This document shows, piece after piece, positions 8,032 through 18,500 of a DNA stretch of 20,888 nt. The translations under genes were made by a program, and so were the position numbers. The notes below the pieces were generated by a model. It saw only the letters and a program-made list of their open reading frames with translations. It was not told the origin of the DNA and made no database searches. The stretch covers positions 1-20,888 of the forward strand of contig JBBQPO010000084.1 of NCBI GenBank assembly GCA_038217285.1. Direction: 5' to 3'. Origin of the DNA: Chthonomonadales bacterium (GTDB lineage Bacteria > Armatimonadota > Chthonomonadetes > Chthonomonadales > Chthonomonadaceae). Position 1 is the first letter of the stretch, and each line of letters opens with the position of its first letter.

Positions 8032-8772
8032 TTAAATCTCCAGTGAGTAGAGTATCTGACTGATCGCCACAAGCGCGGCGGTTTCGGTACGTAAAATGCG
8101 CGGGCCAAGCCCAACCGGCAAGGCTCCGAGGGCGCGCGCCTGCGCCACTTCTGCGGGGCTCCAGCCCCCTTCCGGCCCAACCAACAGCAGCAGACGCGCG
8201 GGAGGCGTCGGGCCCATGGCTTCCAGCGTTTTGCGCAGTCCCACGGTCTGAGCGTCGGTATGGAGCAGCAAAGCCTGCGTATCGTTCGCCGCCGCCCGGA
8301 GCGACTCCTGCACCGTTTGCGGTGCGGCGACATCGGCGATCCGGCTGCGGCCCGACTGCTCCGCCGCCCCTTTGGCGATCTGCCGCCACCGTGTCACTCG
8401 GTCCGCGACCTTCGCCGCCGGGATGTCCACCACCGAGCGCTCGGCCCGTATGGGCACGAACGCGCTCGCCCCCGCCTCCGTCCCATGCTGGATCACCTGC
8501 TCGAACTTATCGCCCTTGCCCAGCGCCTGCCCCACCGTCAAGAAAAGAGGAGGTTCCGGGGGCATCGCAACGACGGCTTCGATAAGAGCCGTCGTCACCT
8601 GCTTCTCCACGGATACGAGACGGGCCTGAAAAGCGTTTCCCTGGCCGTCCAGCAGCACCACCGTTTCACCGGGACGCGCGCGCAGCACCCGCGTCAGATG
8701 CAGATGATCGTTGTCGCGTATGCAGGCCATGTCCCCTGTGATCTGTTCCGGGGAGATAAAGAGGCGGATCAT
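8032..8772 (-). CDS. rsmE: 16S rRNA m3U1498 methyltransferase
   Basis: HLTRVLR, KGDKFEQVIQHGTEAG, AAEQSGR, VGPEGGW, LGPRILRTETA. Confidence 0.96.
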   Translation of the reverse strand: MIRLFISPEQITGDMACIRDNDHLHLTRVLRARPGETVVLLDGQGNAFQARLVSVEKQVTTALIEAVVAMPPEPPLFLTVGQALGKGDKFEQVIQHGTEAGASAFVPIRAERSVVDIPAAKVADRVTRWRQIAKGAAEQSGRSRIADVAAPQTVQESLRAAANDTQALLLHTDAQTVGLRKTLEAMGPTPPARLLLLVGPEGGWSPAEVAQARALGALPVGLGPRILRTETAALVAISQILYSLEI

Positions 8773-8781
8773 TCGGGCACG

Positions 8782-9729
8782 TCAGCTCGACCAGTCGCCA
8801 TCCCACCCGATGGGCGGGATCTGGCGCATGACACGGTGCAGCGTCTCGGGATCCTGCGGGGCGTCGGGATCGTGACGGCAGACCAGACAGACCCAGATAT
8901 CTTCGCGTTTGGTCTCCAGGTGGGTGAGGCCGACGGCGGCCAGCGCGGCCTGCACACTGTCGTGATGCTCTTCGACGATGCCGGAGGCGATGAAGATCCC
9001 GCCCGGTTTCAAACGAGGCGCAATGGAGGCCGCCAGCTCGATAATAGTGTTCGCCACGATGTTGGCCACCACGAGATCGCAGTCGTGGGCGACCTTATCG
9101 AACGGCTCCAGTTCGAGAATGGAGATGACCTCTTCGAGGCCATTGCGCGCTATATTCTCTGTTGCGATCTTACGCGGCAGCAGGTCGCTGTCGGTCGCCC
9201 AGATCTTCACCGCGCCCAGCCGTGCTGCCGCAAGCGATAAAATGCCGCTGCCGGTACCTATGTCGGCCACGATCATGCCGGGGGTGATACGCTCCTCCAG
9301 AGCCTCCATACAGAGGCGTGTCGTCGGGTGTCCGCCGGTGCCGAACGCCATGCCGGGATCGAGTTCCAGAATGAGATCGTCGCCCGTCGGCAGATAGTAC
9401 TCCCAACTCGGCTTCACGATCAACCTCTTCCCGATTCGTAACGGTTTGAAGTACTGCTTCCAGGCGTTGGCCCAGTCCTCCTCTTCCGCGTAGCGCAGCG
9501 TCATGCGGTCCAGCAGGGGAGGCAAGCCGAACTCTTCGAGGCGATCCAGATGGTCGCGCAGGCCGGTCATCCGCAGCATCAGTTCATCGGTCACGGGCAG
9601 ACTGCCCTGCACGGTCACCGGTTCGGTACCGGTCAGCATCACGCCCCCGCACCCGGCCTCGATAAAGGCATAACTCACCGCGTCGGTCGCCGCCGACGCA
9701 CACACCACCGTCATTTCCGCCCAGCGCAT
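8782..9729 (-). CDS. prmA: Ribosomal protein L11 methyltransferase
   Basis: EEDWANAWKQYFKP, LDPGMAFGTGGHPTTRLC, DIGTGSGILS, VVANI; typical position after dnaJ. Confidence 0.96.
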   Translation of the reverse strand: MRWAEMTVVCASAATDAVSYAFIEAGCGGVMLTGTEPVTVQGSLPVTDELMLRMTGLRDHLDRLEEFGLPPLLDRMTLRYAEEEDWANAWKQYFKPLRIGKRLIVKPSWEYYLPTGDDLILELDPGMAFGTGGHPTTRLCMEALEERITPGMIVADIGTGSGILSLAAARLGAVKIWATDSDLLPRKIATENIARNGLEEVISILELEPFDKVAHDCDLVVANIVANTIIELAASIAPRLKPGGIFIASGIVEEHHDSVQAALAAVGLTHLETKREDIWVCLVCRHDPDAPQDPETLHRVMRQIPPIGWDGDWSS

Positions 9730-9763
9730 CGCAACTCCCTCAGTGTCCGAACAGTCATATTCT

Positions 9764-9868
9764 CGGGATTAAAATCCCGTTCTGATATGGGAAGTCCGCC
9801 TGCGCGGACTCAAATGCCTTTTACCCGCGCAGGCGGGTTTCCCCTTTCAGAACGGCAATTCATTGCCG
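9764..9868. mobile_element. REPIN-like non-autonomous element (two inverted ~45-bp units, each with internal hairpins)
   Basis: Left CGGGATTAAAATCCCGTTCTGATATGGGAAGTCCGCCTGCGCGGA vs reverse complement of right CGGCAATGAATTGCCGTTCTGAAAGGGGAAACCCGCCTGCGCGGG; flanked by a direct repeat at 9737-9755 and 9878-9896. Confidence 0.7.
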
Positions 9869-9880
9869 GACTGCCCGCCC

Positions 9881-10987
9881 TTAGTGTCCGAACAGTTTGC
9901 CGAACAGCCCTTTGTTCTCGTGTTCCTCTTTTTCGCCCAGCGTGGCGGCGAACTGCTTGAGAAGCTCCCGCTGTTCCGGGGTCAGTTTGCGCGGTGTCTC
10001 CACCTGCAGGACAATGTGCAGATCCCCTTTGCCACGCCCGTGAACATCGGGAACGCCCTGCCCTCGCAGCGTGAACTGGTGGCCGCTCTGGGTCCCTTCC
10101 GGAACCTTCAACTCTTCCCTGCCCTCGATGATCGGCACGGAAAGCGTTGTGCCGAGGGTGGCCTGTGGGAAACTTATCGGAATCTCGCAGTAGAGGTCGT
10201 TGCCCTCGCGTTTGAACACCGCGTGCTCCTCGACCTCGAAGACCAGATAGACGTCTCCGGCAGGGCCGCCGCGTTCTCCCGCATCGCCTTCGCCACGCAG
10301 GGGCATCCGCATATCCGTATCGACTCCCGCCGGGATCTTGATGCTGCGCTCCCGCATCCGGCGCACACGCCCCACGCCGCTGCAGGTCGGGCAGGGGTTG
10401 GAGATCATGCGGCCCGTGCCCCGACAGCGCGTGCAGGTCTGCGCCTGCGTGAAGGTGCCGATAAACATATTGCGTTGCGTGAAGGTCTGGCCGGTGCCCT
10501 GACACTGCGGGCAGGTATCGACCTTCGTTCCCGCTTTCGCGCCGCTGCCTTCGCAGTCGTTGCAGGACTCCCAGCGCTGAAAGCGCACCGTCTTCTCCGA
10601 ACCGAGCACGGCCTCTTCCAGGGTCAGGGTGACATCGTGGCGCAGGTCGTCGCCGCGCACGGGCACCGGTGCGCCACGCTGCCGTGACCGGGTGGCCCCG
10701 CCGAAAATACCCTCGAAGATCTCGGAGAGAGGATCGTATCCCGGAGGAAATCCGCCGGGCATCGCCTCCGCTGTCCCGTACTGATCATAGCGTGTGCGCT
10801 TCTCCGGATCGCTCAGGACATCGAAAGCGGTCTGAACCTCTCGAAACTTTTCATCGGACCCCGTGCTCTTATTGATGTCGGGATGATAGCGTCCCGCCAG
10901 CCGCTGATGGGCCTTTTTGATCTCTTCCGGGGAAGCGCCGCGCTCGATCCCCAGCACTTCGTAGTAGTCGCGTTGTTCTGCCGCCAT
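9881..10987 (-). CDS. dnaJ: Chaperone DnaJ (type I)
   Basis: [12 protein letters not shown], short G/F region, four CxxCxGxG repeats, C-terminal substrate domain; ATG 10987 preceded by AGGAG. Confidence 0.95.
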   Translation of the reverse strand: MAAEQRDYYEVLGIERGASPEEIKKAHQRLAGRYHPDINKSTGSDEKFREVQTAFDVLSDPEKRTRYDQYGTAEAMPGGFPPGYDPLSEIFEGIFGGATRSRQRGAPVPVRGDDLRHDVTLTLEEAVLGSEKTVRFQRWESCNDCEGSGAKAGTKVDTCPQCQGTGQTFTQRNMFIGTFTQAQTCTRCRGTGRMISNPCPTCSGVGRVRRMRERSIKIPAGVDTDMRMPLRGEGDAGERGGPAGDVYLVFEVEEHAVFKREGNDLYCEIPISFPQATLGTTLSVPIIEGREELKVPEGTQSGHQFTLRGQGVPDVHGRGKGDLHIVLQVETPRKLTPEQRELLKQFAATLGEKEEHENKGLFGKLFGH

Positions 10988-11015
10988 CCTGCTCCTCACC
11001 TCTGCATCAACGTGT

Positions 11016-12506
11016 TTATGAAGAAACGGTCTCTGTGATCAGTCGCCGCTGTCGGGCGATCTCTTCGGGGGTCAGGCCCGTGGCCCGACCGATCTGAATC
11101 TGTTGTCGCAGCCCCGTACGCTGCTCGACCGCCGAGACATGCACGATGCCGTTGACATCGATATCGAAGGTCACCTCGATTTTCGCGATGCCGCTCAGGT
11201 CGGGTGTAACGTTCGTCAAATGAAAATCGGCCAGAAAATGGTTGTCTTCGGCGTGCTGCCGTTCGCCCTGATAGACGCGGATATTGACGTTCGTCTGACC
11301 ATCGCGGGAGGTGGTGAAAACCTGTTTGCCCTGCGTGGGGATCGGCGTGTTCCGTTCGATGATGCAGGAGATCATGCCGCCGTGAGTCTCGATGCCGAGC
11401 GACAGCGGGGTGACGTCCAGCAGCAGCAGCCCCTCGATCTCCCGGTTCAGAACCGCCCCTTGCAGCGCCGCGCCGACCGCCACCGCCTCGTCGGGATTCA
11501 ATCCCCGATAGGGTTCTTTACCGAACATCCGGCGAACAAGTTCCTGCAGCGCGGGCATCCGCGTCGCGCCTCCGACCAGTAGAATACGGTCGAGATCCTG
11601 CGGTTCCAGGTGGGCATCGTCCAGCGCCTGCTGGGTCGGCGCGACCAGCCGCTCCAGCAGATCGGCGCAGAGATGCTCCATCTGCGCGCGGGAAAGATCG
11701 AGATCGAGGTGGAGAGGACCCTCGGGTCCGACGGAGAGAAAAGGCAGGTTGATATTGGTCACCAACAGGTTGCTCAGTTCGACCTTGGCCTTCTCCGCGC
11801 TCTCCTTCAGGCGCTGCATCGCCAGTCGGTCCCGACGCAGATTGACTCCATGCAGCGTCTCGAACTGCGCGACCATCCACTCCATCAGGCAGGAGTCCCA
11901 GTCGTCGCCGCCGAGCAGCGGGTCGCCGCAGGTCGCGCGTACCTCGAACACTCCCTCGCCGACATCCAGAATGGTGACATCGAACGTGCCGCCGCCCAGA
12001 TCCCAGAGCAGGAGCGTCTGCGCGGTGTTGCGCTCGACGCCGTAGGCCAGCGCCGCCGCCGTCGGCTCGTTGATGATCCGGACCACTTCCAGGCCAGCGA
12101 TCGCTCCGGCATCTTTGGTCGCCTGTCGCTGGGCGTCGGTGAAATAGGCGGGAACCGTAATGACGGCCTTCTCAACCTTCTCCCCAAGATAGGCTTCGGC
12201 GTCCGCCCGCAGTTTGCACAGGATTATCGCGGAGATGTCCTGTGGCAGAAAGGTCCGACCGTCTACCTGGACGACGTAGTCGGTTCCCATCTTGCGCTTG
12301 ATGCTGCTGACGGTGCGCTCCGGGGCGGCAAGCGCCTGCCGTCGGGCAGGCTGCCCGACGAGCCGCTCCCCGCTTTTCGAGAATCCGACAACGGAGGGGC
12401 AGAGCCGACTTCCCTCTGCCAGAGAGATGACGGTCGGCTCCTGCCCCTCCATGACTGCCACTACCGAATTGGTCGTTCCCAGATCGATTCCAACGATTTT
12501 GGGCAT
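11016..12506 (-). CDS. dnaK: Hsp70/DnaK-family protein lacking the C-terminal lid (496 aa)
   Basis: [45 protein letters not shown], linker [32 protein letters not shown]; ends just after GLTPEEI (helix A). Confidence 0.88.
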   Translation of the reverse strand: MPKIVGIDLGTTNSVVAVMEGQEPTVISLAEGSRLCPSVVGFSKSGERLVGQPARRQALAAPERTVSSIKRKMGTDYVVQVDGRTFLPQDISAIILCKLRADAEAYLGEKVEKAVITVPAYFTDAQRQATKDAGAIAGLEVVRIINEPTAAALAYGVERNTAQTLLLWDLGGGTFDVTILDVGEGVFEVRATCGDPLLGGDDWDSCLMEWMVAQFETLHGVNLRRDRLAMQRLKESAEKAKVELSNLLVTNINLPFLSVGPEGPLHLDLDLSRAQMEHLCADLLERLVAPTQQALDDAHLEPQDLDRILLVGGATRMPALQELVRRMFGKEPYRGLNPDEAVAVGAALQGAVLNREIEGLLLLDVTPLSLGIETHGGMISCIIERNTPIPTQGKQVFTTSRDGQTNVNIRVYQGERQHAEDNHFLADFHLTNVTPDLSGIAKIEVTFDIDVNGIVHVSAVEQRTGLRQQIQIGRATGLTPEEIARQRRLITETVSS

Positions 12507-12554
12507 CTCACCCTTTTCCTGTCAAAGCCAACGAAACGGCCCTGTTGTTCCTGA

Positions 12555-13046
12555 CTACTCTTCTTCGTCTTCTATGCCCTGGATCAGGTCGTCTTCGTCG
12601 TCGTCGAGCGCGTTGAGCAGGCCAGAAGAGTCGAGGGCGAACCCATCTACCGGGCGCACATCGCGCTCGTTGTCGGTGCCACCGAGCAGGTCGTCCTCTT
12701 CGGAATCAGGCTCTGCGGATCGGAAGGCGGCCAGTTGCTGTGCGGCGAAATCCAGATCGCTGTCCAGTGCGATCATCGGTCCTGCTGCGATGATGTCTTC
12801 CATGCTCGGCTCGGTCGGCTTGAGGGCGGACTCGTAGGCCGCGACGGTCGCATCTTCGACCACACGCGAGATAATGGCGCCGGCGGCAATCTCTTCCAGA
12901 GCGACCGTGAGCGGGTTGGCGGACTTACTGTCCGTCAGCCGCTTCGCGCCGTCTTTGACCTGCCGAGCACGCTTCGCCGCCAGAATCACCAGCGCGTATT
13001 TGCTCGGCATACTATCGAGTTTATCGGGGGAAGGGTAGATACTCAT
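12555..13046 (-). CDS. rpoZ: RNA polymerase omega subunit with long acidic C-terminal extension (163 aa)
   Basis: MSIYPSPDKLDSMPSKYALVILAAKRARQV...NPLTVALEEIAAG; AGGAG RBS upstream of ATG 13046. Confidence 0.92.
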   Translation of the reverse strand: MSIYPSPDKLDSMPSKYALVILAAKRARQVKDGAKRLTDSKSANPLTVALEEIAAGAIISRVVEDATVAAYESALKPTEPSMEDIIAAGPMIALDSDLDFAAQQLAAFRSAEPDSEEDDLLGGTDNERDVRPVDGFALDSSGLLNALDDDEDDLIQGIEDEEE

Positions 13047-13156
13047 ATTGCTGCAAACTCCTTCTGAAGAAGCAAAGGCCCGGGAGCGCACGCCGACGAC
13101 GCTGTCGCGCAATCGCTCCTACTACCTATTTTCACCTGCACAGTTTTGACCCGCTT

Positions 13157-13165
13157 ATGATACCA
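13157..13165 (-). promoter_or_regulatory. Putative extended -10 promoter of the rpoZ-dnaK operon
   Basis: Minus strand TGGTATCAT (TGn + TATCAT), ~110 bp upstream of rpoZ. Confidence 0.4.
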
Positions 13166-13208
13166 CAAAAACGGCCCGGCCTTCCTAAAATCGAGCGAAG
13201 TGATTCCG

Positions 13209-14258
13209 TCACGGCGTCAGGACACTCTTGGCGATCGCGAGGGAGTCCATGGTCTGGAAGGCGTTCTGCCAGTCGTCCAGCGGAAAGACACGGCGCATCG
13301 GAGCGAGGTCAAGCTGCCCACCCGCCATCAGACCGATAACGCGCTCCCAGGTCTTGTAGGTGTGAGAAAAGGAGCCTTGCAGGGTGGCCGCTTTCTGAAC
13401 CAGGGAGTCGAGCGAGAATCCGAACGGCTCTTTGCCCCAGCCGACCTTGGTGATCTGACCTGCCGGACGCACCATCTCCAGAGCGGTCTTCAGAGCCGCG
13501 GAGATGCCGACACAGTCTACGACCAGATGCGCCCCGAAGCCGTCGCCCAGCGCCAACACTCGCGCCGTCGCGTCCTCCGTGTCGGCTTCGATCATGATGT
13601 CGGCTCCAAGCTGCCTGCCGACTTCCAGACGGCTCTTGTCACGCGAAGTGCCGACCAGGACCAGCGTTCCTGGCCCGCACAGTCGGCACATCTGCAGCAC
13701 CATCAGGCCGATGGTGCCGGGGCCGAGAACGACGACCGTATCGCCCGGCGTGATCCGCGACAGCTCCATGACAGCATTACAGGCCACACAGCCCGGCTCC
13801 GTCATCGCCGCATCCTCGAACGGAACATGCACGGGAACATGGTGCAGGCACCGCGCCGGCACCCGCACGAATTCGGCCATCGCGCCGTCCATGCCATAGC
13901 CGAAACCGAGCCGGTACGGACAGAGATTGTAGTTCCCGCTGCGACAGTAGACGCACTGCCCGCAGATAGCCGCCGCCGTCTCGCTGACGACCCGGTCGCC
14001 TTCGGCAAAGCCGACCACGCGTCGCCCCGCCTTCACGATGACGCCCGCGAACTCATGCCCGAGGGTCACCGGATAGTTGACGCTCCAGGAGTGTGTGGCA
14101 TGCCACTGATGCAGGTCGCTGCCGCACACCCCCACCCCCCTTACTTCCAGCAGCACGTCATCGTCGGCGATCTCAGGGATCGGCTTGTCGCGCAGTTCCA
14201 CCTTGAACGGCGCACGCTCATAATTGACCAGAGCACGCAAGTTATGTGTCTCCCTCAT
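13209..14258 (-). CDS. Zn-dependent dehydrogenase (L-iditol/sorbitol dehydrogenase-like)
   Basis: GVCGSDLH, LGHEFAG, CGQCVYCRSGNYNLC, VLGPGTIG. Confidence 0.92.
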   Translation of the reverse strand: MRETHNLRALVNYERAPFKVELRDKPIPEIADDDVLLEVRGVGVCGSDLHQWHATHSWSVNYPVTLGHEFAGVIVKAGRRVVGFAEGDRVVSETAAAICGQCVYCRSGNYNLCPYRLGFGYGMDGAMAEFVRVPARCLHHVPVHVPFEDAAMTEPGCVACNAVMELSRITPGDTVVVLGPGTIGLMVLQMCRLCGPGTLVLVGTSRDKSRLEVGRQLGADIMIEADTEDATARVLALGDGFGAHLVVDCVGISAALKTALEMVRPAGQITKVGWGKEPFGFSLDSLVQKAATLQGSFSHTYKTWERVIGLMAGGQLDLAPMRRVFPLDDWQNAFQTMDSLAIAKSVLTP

Positions 14259-14326
14259 ACAGAATACCGGGCCTCCCGAAGAAGGCCCAGTAAATAGTTG
14301 TCCTCATCTCACGCAGATGTCGAAGC

Positions 14327-15292
14327 TTACTTCGCTCTTTCTGAATCAGGGGAATAGCCGCGCCATACCCTCGTGGACGGGAGGGATTCCGATGGAAACC
14401 GTTCCTTAGGCAACTCGACTGTGACAGCCCGATAGGCCCGGTCGGTAGGCTTGACATCCCCAACCGTATCGTGGGCATTCAGGTTGGCGCCGGACTGACC
14501 GGGAATATCCATGAGTTCGGCATTCTGGAGCAGGCGCAGAGGTAACAGTTGCTCCTGCGTTCCTTCTTGCTCCGAAGCGTATACATGTGCGGCGTGACCG
14601 TTCATCGCCTTCGCGGTTTCGTCTAAGGTAGCGTACGCGAACACGAGCACTTCACCGTCATGCTTTACGACCGTCCAGAGCTTGTCTTCGCCCGTTCCGT
14701 TCGGCTGTACCAGAACCTCGGCTCCCGATTTGCCGTTCGCCAGGTCGCGGAGAGATTGGAAGTCGCAGTCCGCGCGCTCGTTGTCTTCAAACTGCGCGAA
14801 GGGGCGGAACGGCGCTGTCGTGGTCACTTCAACCACAGGCGGAGCGATGTCCGGTGTCGTCTCCGTCATCGGGATCCGGTCCGCAGGTGAAATAGAATAA
14901 GCGGAGAAAGGGCTATGTCGATTTTCCCACATCGCCCTGTTCAATCGATGCGCATGGATGCTGCACACCATCATGCCCGCCAGCCCGGCGCAGATGGCAA
15001 ACGTTGCGAAAGTATGGCGCTGCGCGTTGTTCTGACGGTTCGGACGGGATCCCCCGGAGCGACGGGCGCGATCAGACTGAATCTCCGCCAGCAGTTCGTC
15101 CGGCGTCATGTCCAGACCGAGCTGTTCGACGGCCTCACCCAACGCGACCGTGTTGGCGCGCTGACGGGCTTCCGCCTCCTTGCGCGCCTGAAGGATGGAG
15201 ACGACGTGAGAAAGCTCCTGGGCGCTCACACGATACTGTGCCGCAGATTCGACGGATTCAGGAGTGGGATCGATTGGATTTGACATTGGCAT
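14327..15292 (-). CDS. Hypothetical single-pass membrane protein (~321 aa)
   Basis: Probable start MPMSNPID (15292 or 15286) after AGGGGAAAAG; helical N-terminal domain, hydrophobic segment FATFAICAGLAGMMVCSI, Pro/Thr linker and soluble C-terminal domain. Confidence 0.7.
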   Translation of the reverse strand: MPMSNPIDPTPESVESAAQYRVSAQELSHVVSILQARKEAEARQRANTVALGEAVEQLGLDMTPDELLAEIQSDRARRSGGSRPNRQNNAQRHTFATFAICAGLAGMMVCSIHAHRLNRAMWENRHSPFSAYSISPADRIPMTETTPDIAPPVVEVTTTAPFRPFAQFEDNERADCDFQSLRDLANGKSGAEVLVQPNGTGEDKLWTVVKHDGEVLVFAYATLDETAKAMNGHAAHVYASEQEGTQEQLLPLRLLQNAELMDIPGQSGANLNAHDTVGDVKPTDRAYRAVTVELPKERFPSESLPSTRVWRGYSPDSERAK

Positions 15293-15534
15293 TCTTTTCC
15301 CCTGCACAAGATAAGGATCCGGCTCTGCCGGAACGAGAGAGACGAGCGCATCAGAACGAGAGGGCGTCTTCCTGTTTCCGGAAAGACACTGGATAGGTTC
15401 CCGCAACGCCGACACGCAAGTCGCTCGGGATCCGGACGGTCTACAAATCGAAGGTTAGCTCTTTCTACGACGCAGAAAGACAGTATTCCTGCTATTGGAT
15501 ACGACTCTCGCCGGTCAACATATTCCCGTCGCCT

Positions 15535-15575
15535 AAAAAAAGAGCGCCCCTCTCCTCCGGGCGAAGGAGAGGGGC
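15535..15575 (-). terminator. Rho-independent terminator of the SLBB gene
   Basis: Stem GCCCCTCTCCT/AGGAGAGGGGC (15546-15575) followed on the minus strand by GCTCTTTTTTT, 14 bp after the stop. Confidence 0.75.
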
Positions 15576-15589
15576 ACACCTGATCGCAT

Positions 15590-18500
15590 CTACAGACCGA
15601 ACACGCTGCTCGCGAATTTGTAGATGAGAGCCGAGCTCGTCAAAGAACTAAAGAACTGGCTGATGGCATTGGCGTGGTTGCCGATGCTGATCGCCAGCAC
15701 CTTGGACGGGATCACGATGACATCTCCCGGCTGAATCGGGCCGGCTTTCTTGATGGGCGTCAGTCCGCCGCCCATGCGGATGACTTCGATTCTATCCTTC
15801 GCCGAGTCCGGCGCATACCCCCCGGCCTCATCGACATACTGCTGCAGCGTCTCGTTAGGTCGGTACTGCACACCCCGCTTATGGAAGACCGTTCCGAGGA
15901 TCAGCACAGTGGTAGGCGTTTCGGGAATGTCGATCGTATCACCGTCCAACAGAATAATATCGTCGGACGTCCCCGGATGCCGGAGCGCCAGGGGCAGATT
16001 GACGGCGATATTGCCGTCCGGCTGCGACAGTTCGCCCACGTTGTTCCGCGCTTTCGATACCAGCTCCTGGTTGGCAAGCTGGGTGCCTGCGGCTCCCGCA
16101 GCGGCGTTTGTCGTGGGCGGGGGGGCGGCAGTCGGCACCAGCACATTGGCGGCCTGCGCCTGCCCGGTCGCCTTGATGATGTCCAGGCGGGACTTGGCGC
16201 GCTCCCGCTGATACTGACTGTCGTTCAGAAGGTCGTTGAGCAGTCCCAGGCTCGTCGTAAGCTGCTTTTGCCCGGCCGTCGCGAGCTGATCCGGATTGCG
16301 AAAGAACTCCGCTCCCTGCGGGAACGCTTCCGTCCGCAGCCCGCCCGCCTCACGCACGGCCTCGGAGAGGTGCATATTTTTGCTCGTGATGAAGACATAA
16401 CCGGGAGTCTTCACAGCTCCCTTGATCAGCACCTTCTGCACGGCCGGAATGTATCCACCGAGCCCAGGAACGCTGACGACATCGCCGTCTTCCAGAACAG
16501 GATCTTCCTGGGTCGGGACCTTATGGTTCGCGTCCAGTTCTACAACCTCCACACCTTTCTTTGCATTCGGAGCGTCTACGATGTGGCGTGCATGGCCTAT
16601 CGTTACTCTCTGTCCGGATCCAGGAAGGAACCCTCCTGCCATCCCGACCAACTCGCTGAGCTTCATACCCTGCGAACGAGGATAGGTTCCCTGTGTCCCC
16701 ACCTCGCCCACGATCTGCACGATGTGATCCGGGGTGAACTGCGTCTGCCGAACGTTGTAGACTATCAACTGATCGTTGTCCTGAACCTCCAGATCCTTCG
16801 TGGTATCGCCGCGCATAATGGCTCCCAGATTCACATCCACTTTGATCGGCGCGCCGTCGTCGGGCTGATGAATCAGGAAGGCTTTGTCCAGATTGGCGTC
16901 GGGCGTGGGGCCACCGCTTGTACGCAGCAAGTCGCTGACGTGGGTGTTGCGGCTGATCGGATAGATACCCTCTTTCTGCACTGCTCCCTTCACCGTCACC
17001 ATGCGCCGCCCCAGATAGGCGATTTCGTCTCGGGTGTAGACCTTCAGGTGATCCCACTTCTGCAGGATCAGGTCGTTTTGCGGGTCGTGCGCCAGCGCCT
17101 TGTCGAGATCGATCACCTGAAGCGTGGTGGTCGTATCCGGGTTCCAGCGGCGCAGTTCGGCACGCATCAGATAGGCTTCGTTGAGGGGGCCTCGCGCGCG
17201 GTTCAGCAGATCGGAAACACGCATGTTCGGCGTCAGCGGATAGTCGTTCGGCTGGTCTACCGCTCCCTCGATGCTGACGCGGTTGGTCAGCAGGGCGCGC
17301 ACGGAGAAGACCTCGATCTCATCGCCGTCGTACAGCTTCTGCGCTTTCGCCGCCGCCACATCCTTGACGTCTACATCCTGGATGATACGGGCTTTGCCTG
17401 GGTCGAGGGTGTTGACGCGAACGCTCTGATTGAGACCAGAAGCCCGAATGCCTCCCGCGTAGCGCAGGGCGTCCTGGAGCGTTTCGCCTTCTGTCAACTC
17501 CAAAATAGAAGGACGCAGCACCTCCCCGTGCACCGCGATCCTCGACAGACGCGGCGGAACGATGAGCATATCCCCGGCCTGCAACTGAAAATCCGTCGTC
17601 TGCGCCAACCCGAGCTCGAACTTATACATATCGAGCGATCCAACCTTTTTGCCGCCGCGCAGCAGTTCGATGTTGCGCAGCGAACCGTTTTCCGTCGGGC
17701 CTCCGGCGAAGAAAAGCAGATTGTAGGCGGAGGCGACGGAGGGAACCGTATAGGTTCCGGGCTGGTACGCATCTCCGCTCACCGTAACCTGGATCGTGCG
17801 CAGTTTGTTCAACGTCAGGGAGACCTGCACATTTCGATAGAACCGCCCCAGTTGCTCTTTCAGGGTATTCTCCGCCGATGCGACCGTCTTCCCGAGCAGT
17901 ACGATGGGCGCAATACCCTCGATGGTGATGGTTCCCTGCGGATCGACGGTGCGAACGATGGTGCTGCGCTCGGTGGTCGCGGACCAGTAGGAGAAGACGA
18001 CAACGTCGCCTGGCGCTATCTGATAGTTGGCGGGTACGGTAGAAGCGAAGTTGTTGATCATCTGTGTCAGGGGGTCCGAGACATCCATGCGCGTGTCTGG
18101 ACCACCGGAGTTATCGGAGTTGTCGTTTCCCGTGGATCGGCGACTGTTACCGGAGTTGTTCCCATCGGTGGAGTTGTCGTTTCCATTGGTTCGGCGACCG
18201 TTACCGGAGTTGTTCCCGTCGTTACCGTTCCCGTTGTTATCCGACGTACCGTTGTTACGGCCTGTAGTGTTGCGGTTTGTGCCGTTCGAACTGTTACCGC
18301 CATTGGGATCGTTGGGTTCACCGGCGCCGTTCGGATCGTTAGACCGGTGCCCTGTGGAGTTGGAGCCATCCTCCGAAGACGTATTGCCATTCGTTTTGCG
18401 TGTGGAGGTACCGCCGAAGGTATCGTTGGTTTTGCGCGCCACGGCGCTGTCGGACCGATCCCTCTGCACCCGCTTGACATATTCGCGGTGCGCATCGATG

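Noticed and set aside
8028-8333. N-terminal extension of the TPR-like ORF to 575 aa
   Set aside because: Overlaps rsmE in another frame; composition changes abruptly at MRILGPDG.
12507-13208. CIRCE/HrcA operator upstream of dnaK
   Set aside because: No TTAGCACTC-N9-GAGTGCTAA match seen.
18116-18223. CRISPR-like repeat-spacer pattern
   Set aside because: In-frame coding tandem duplication with similar spacers and no cas genes.
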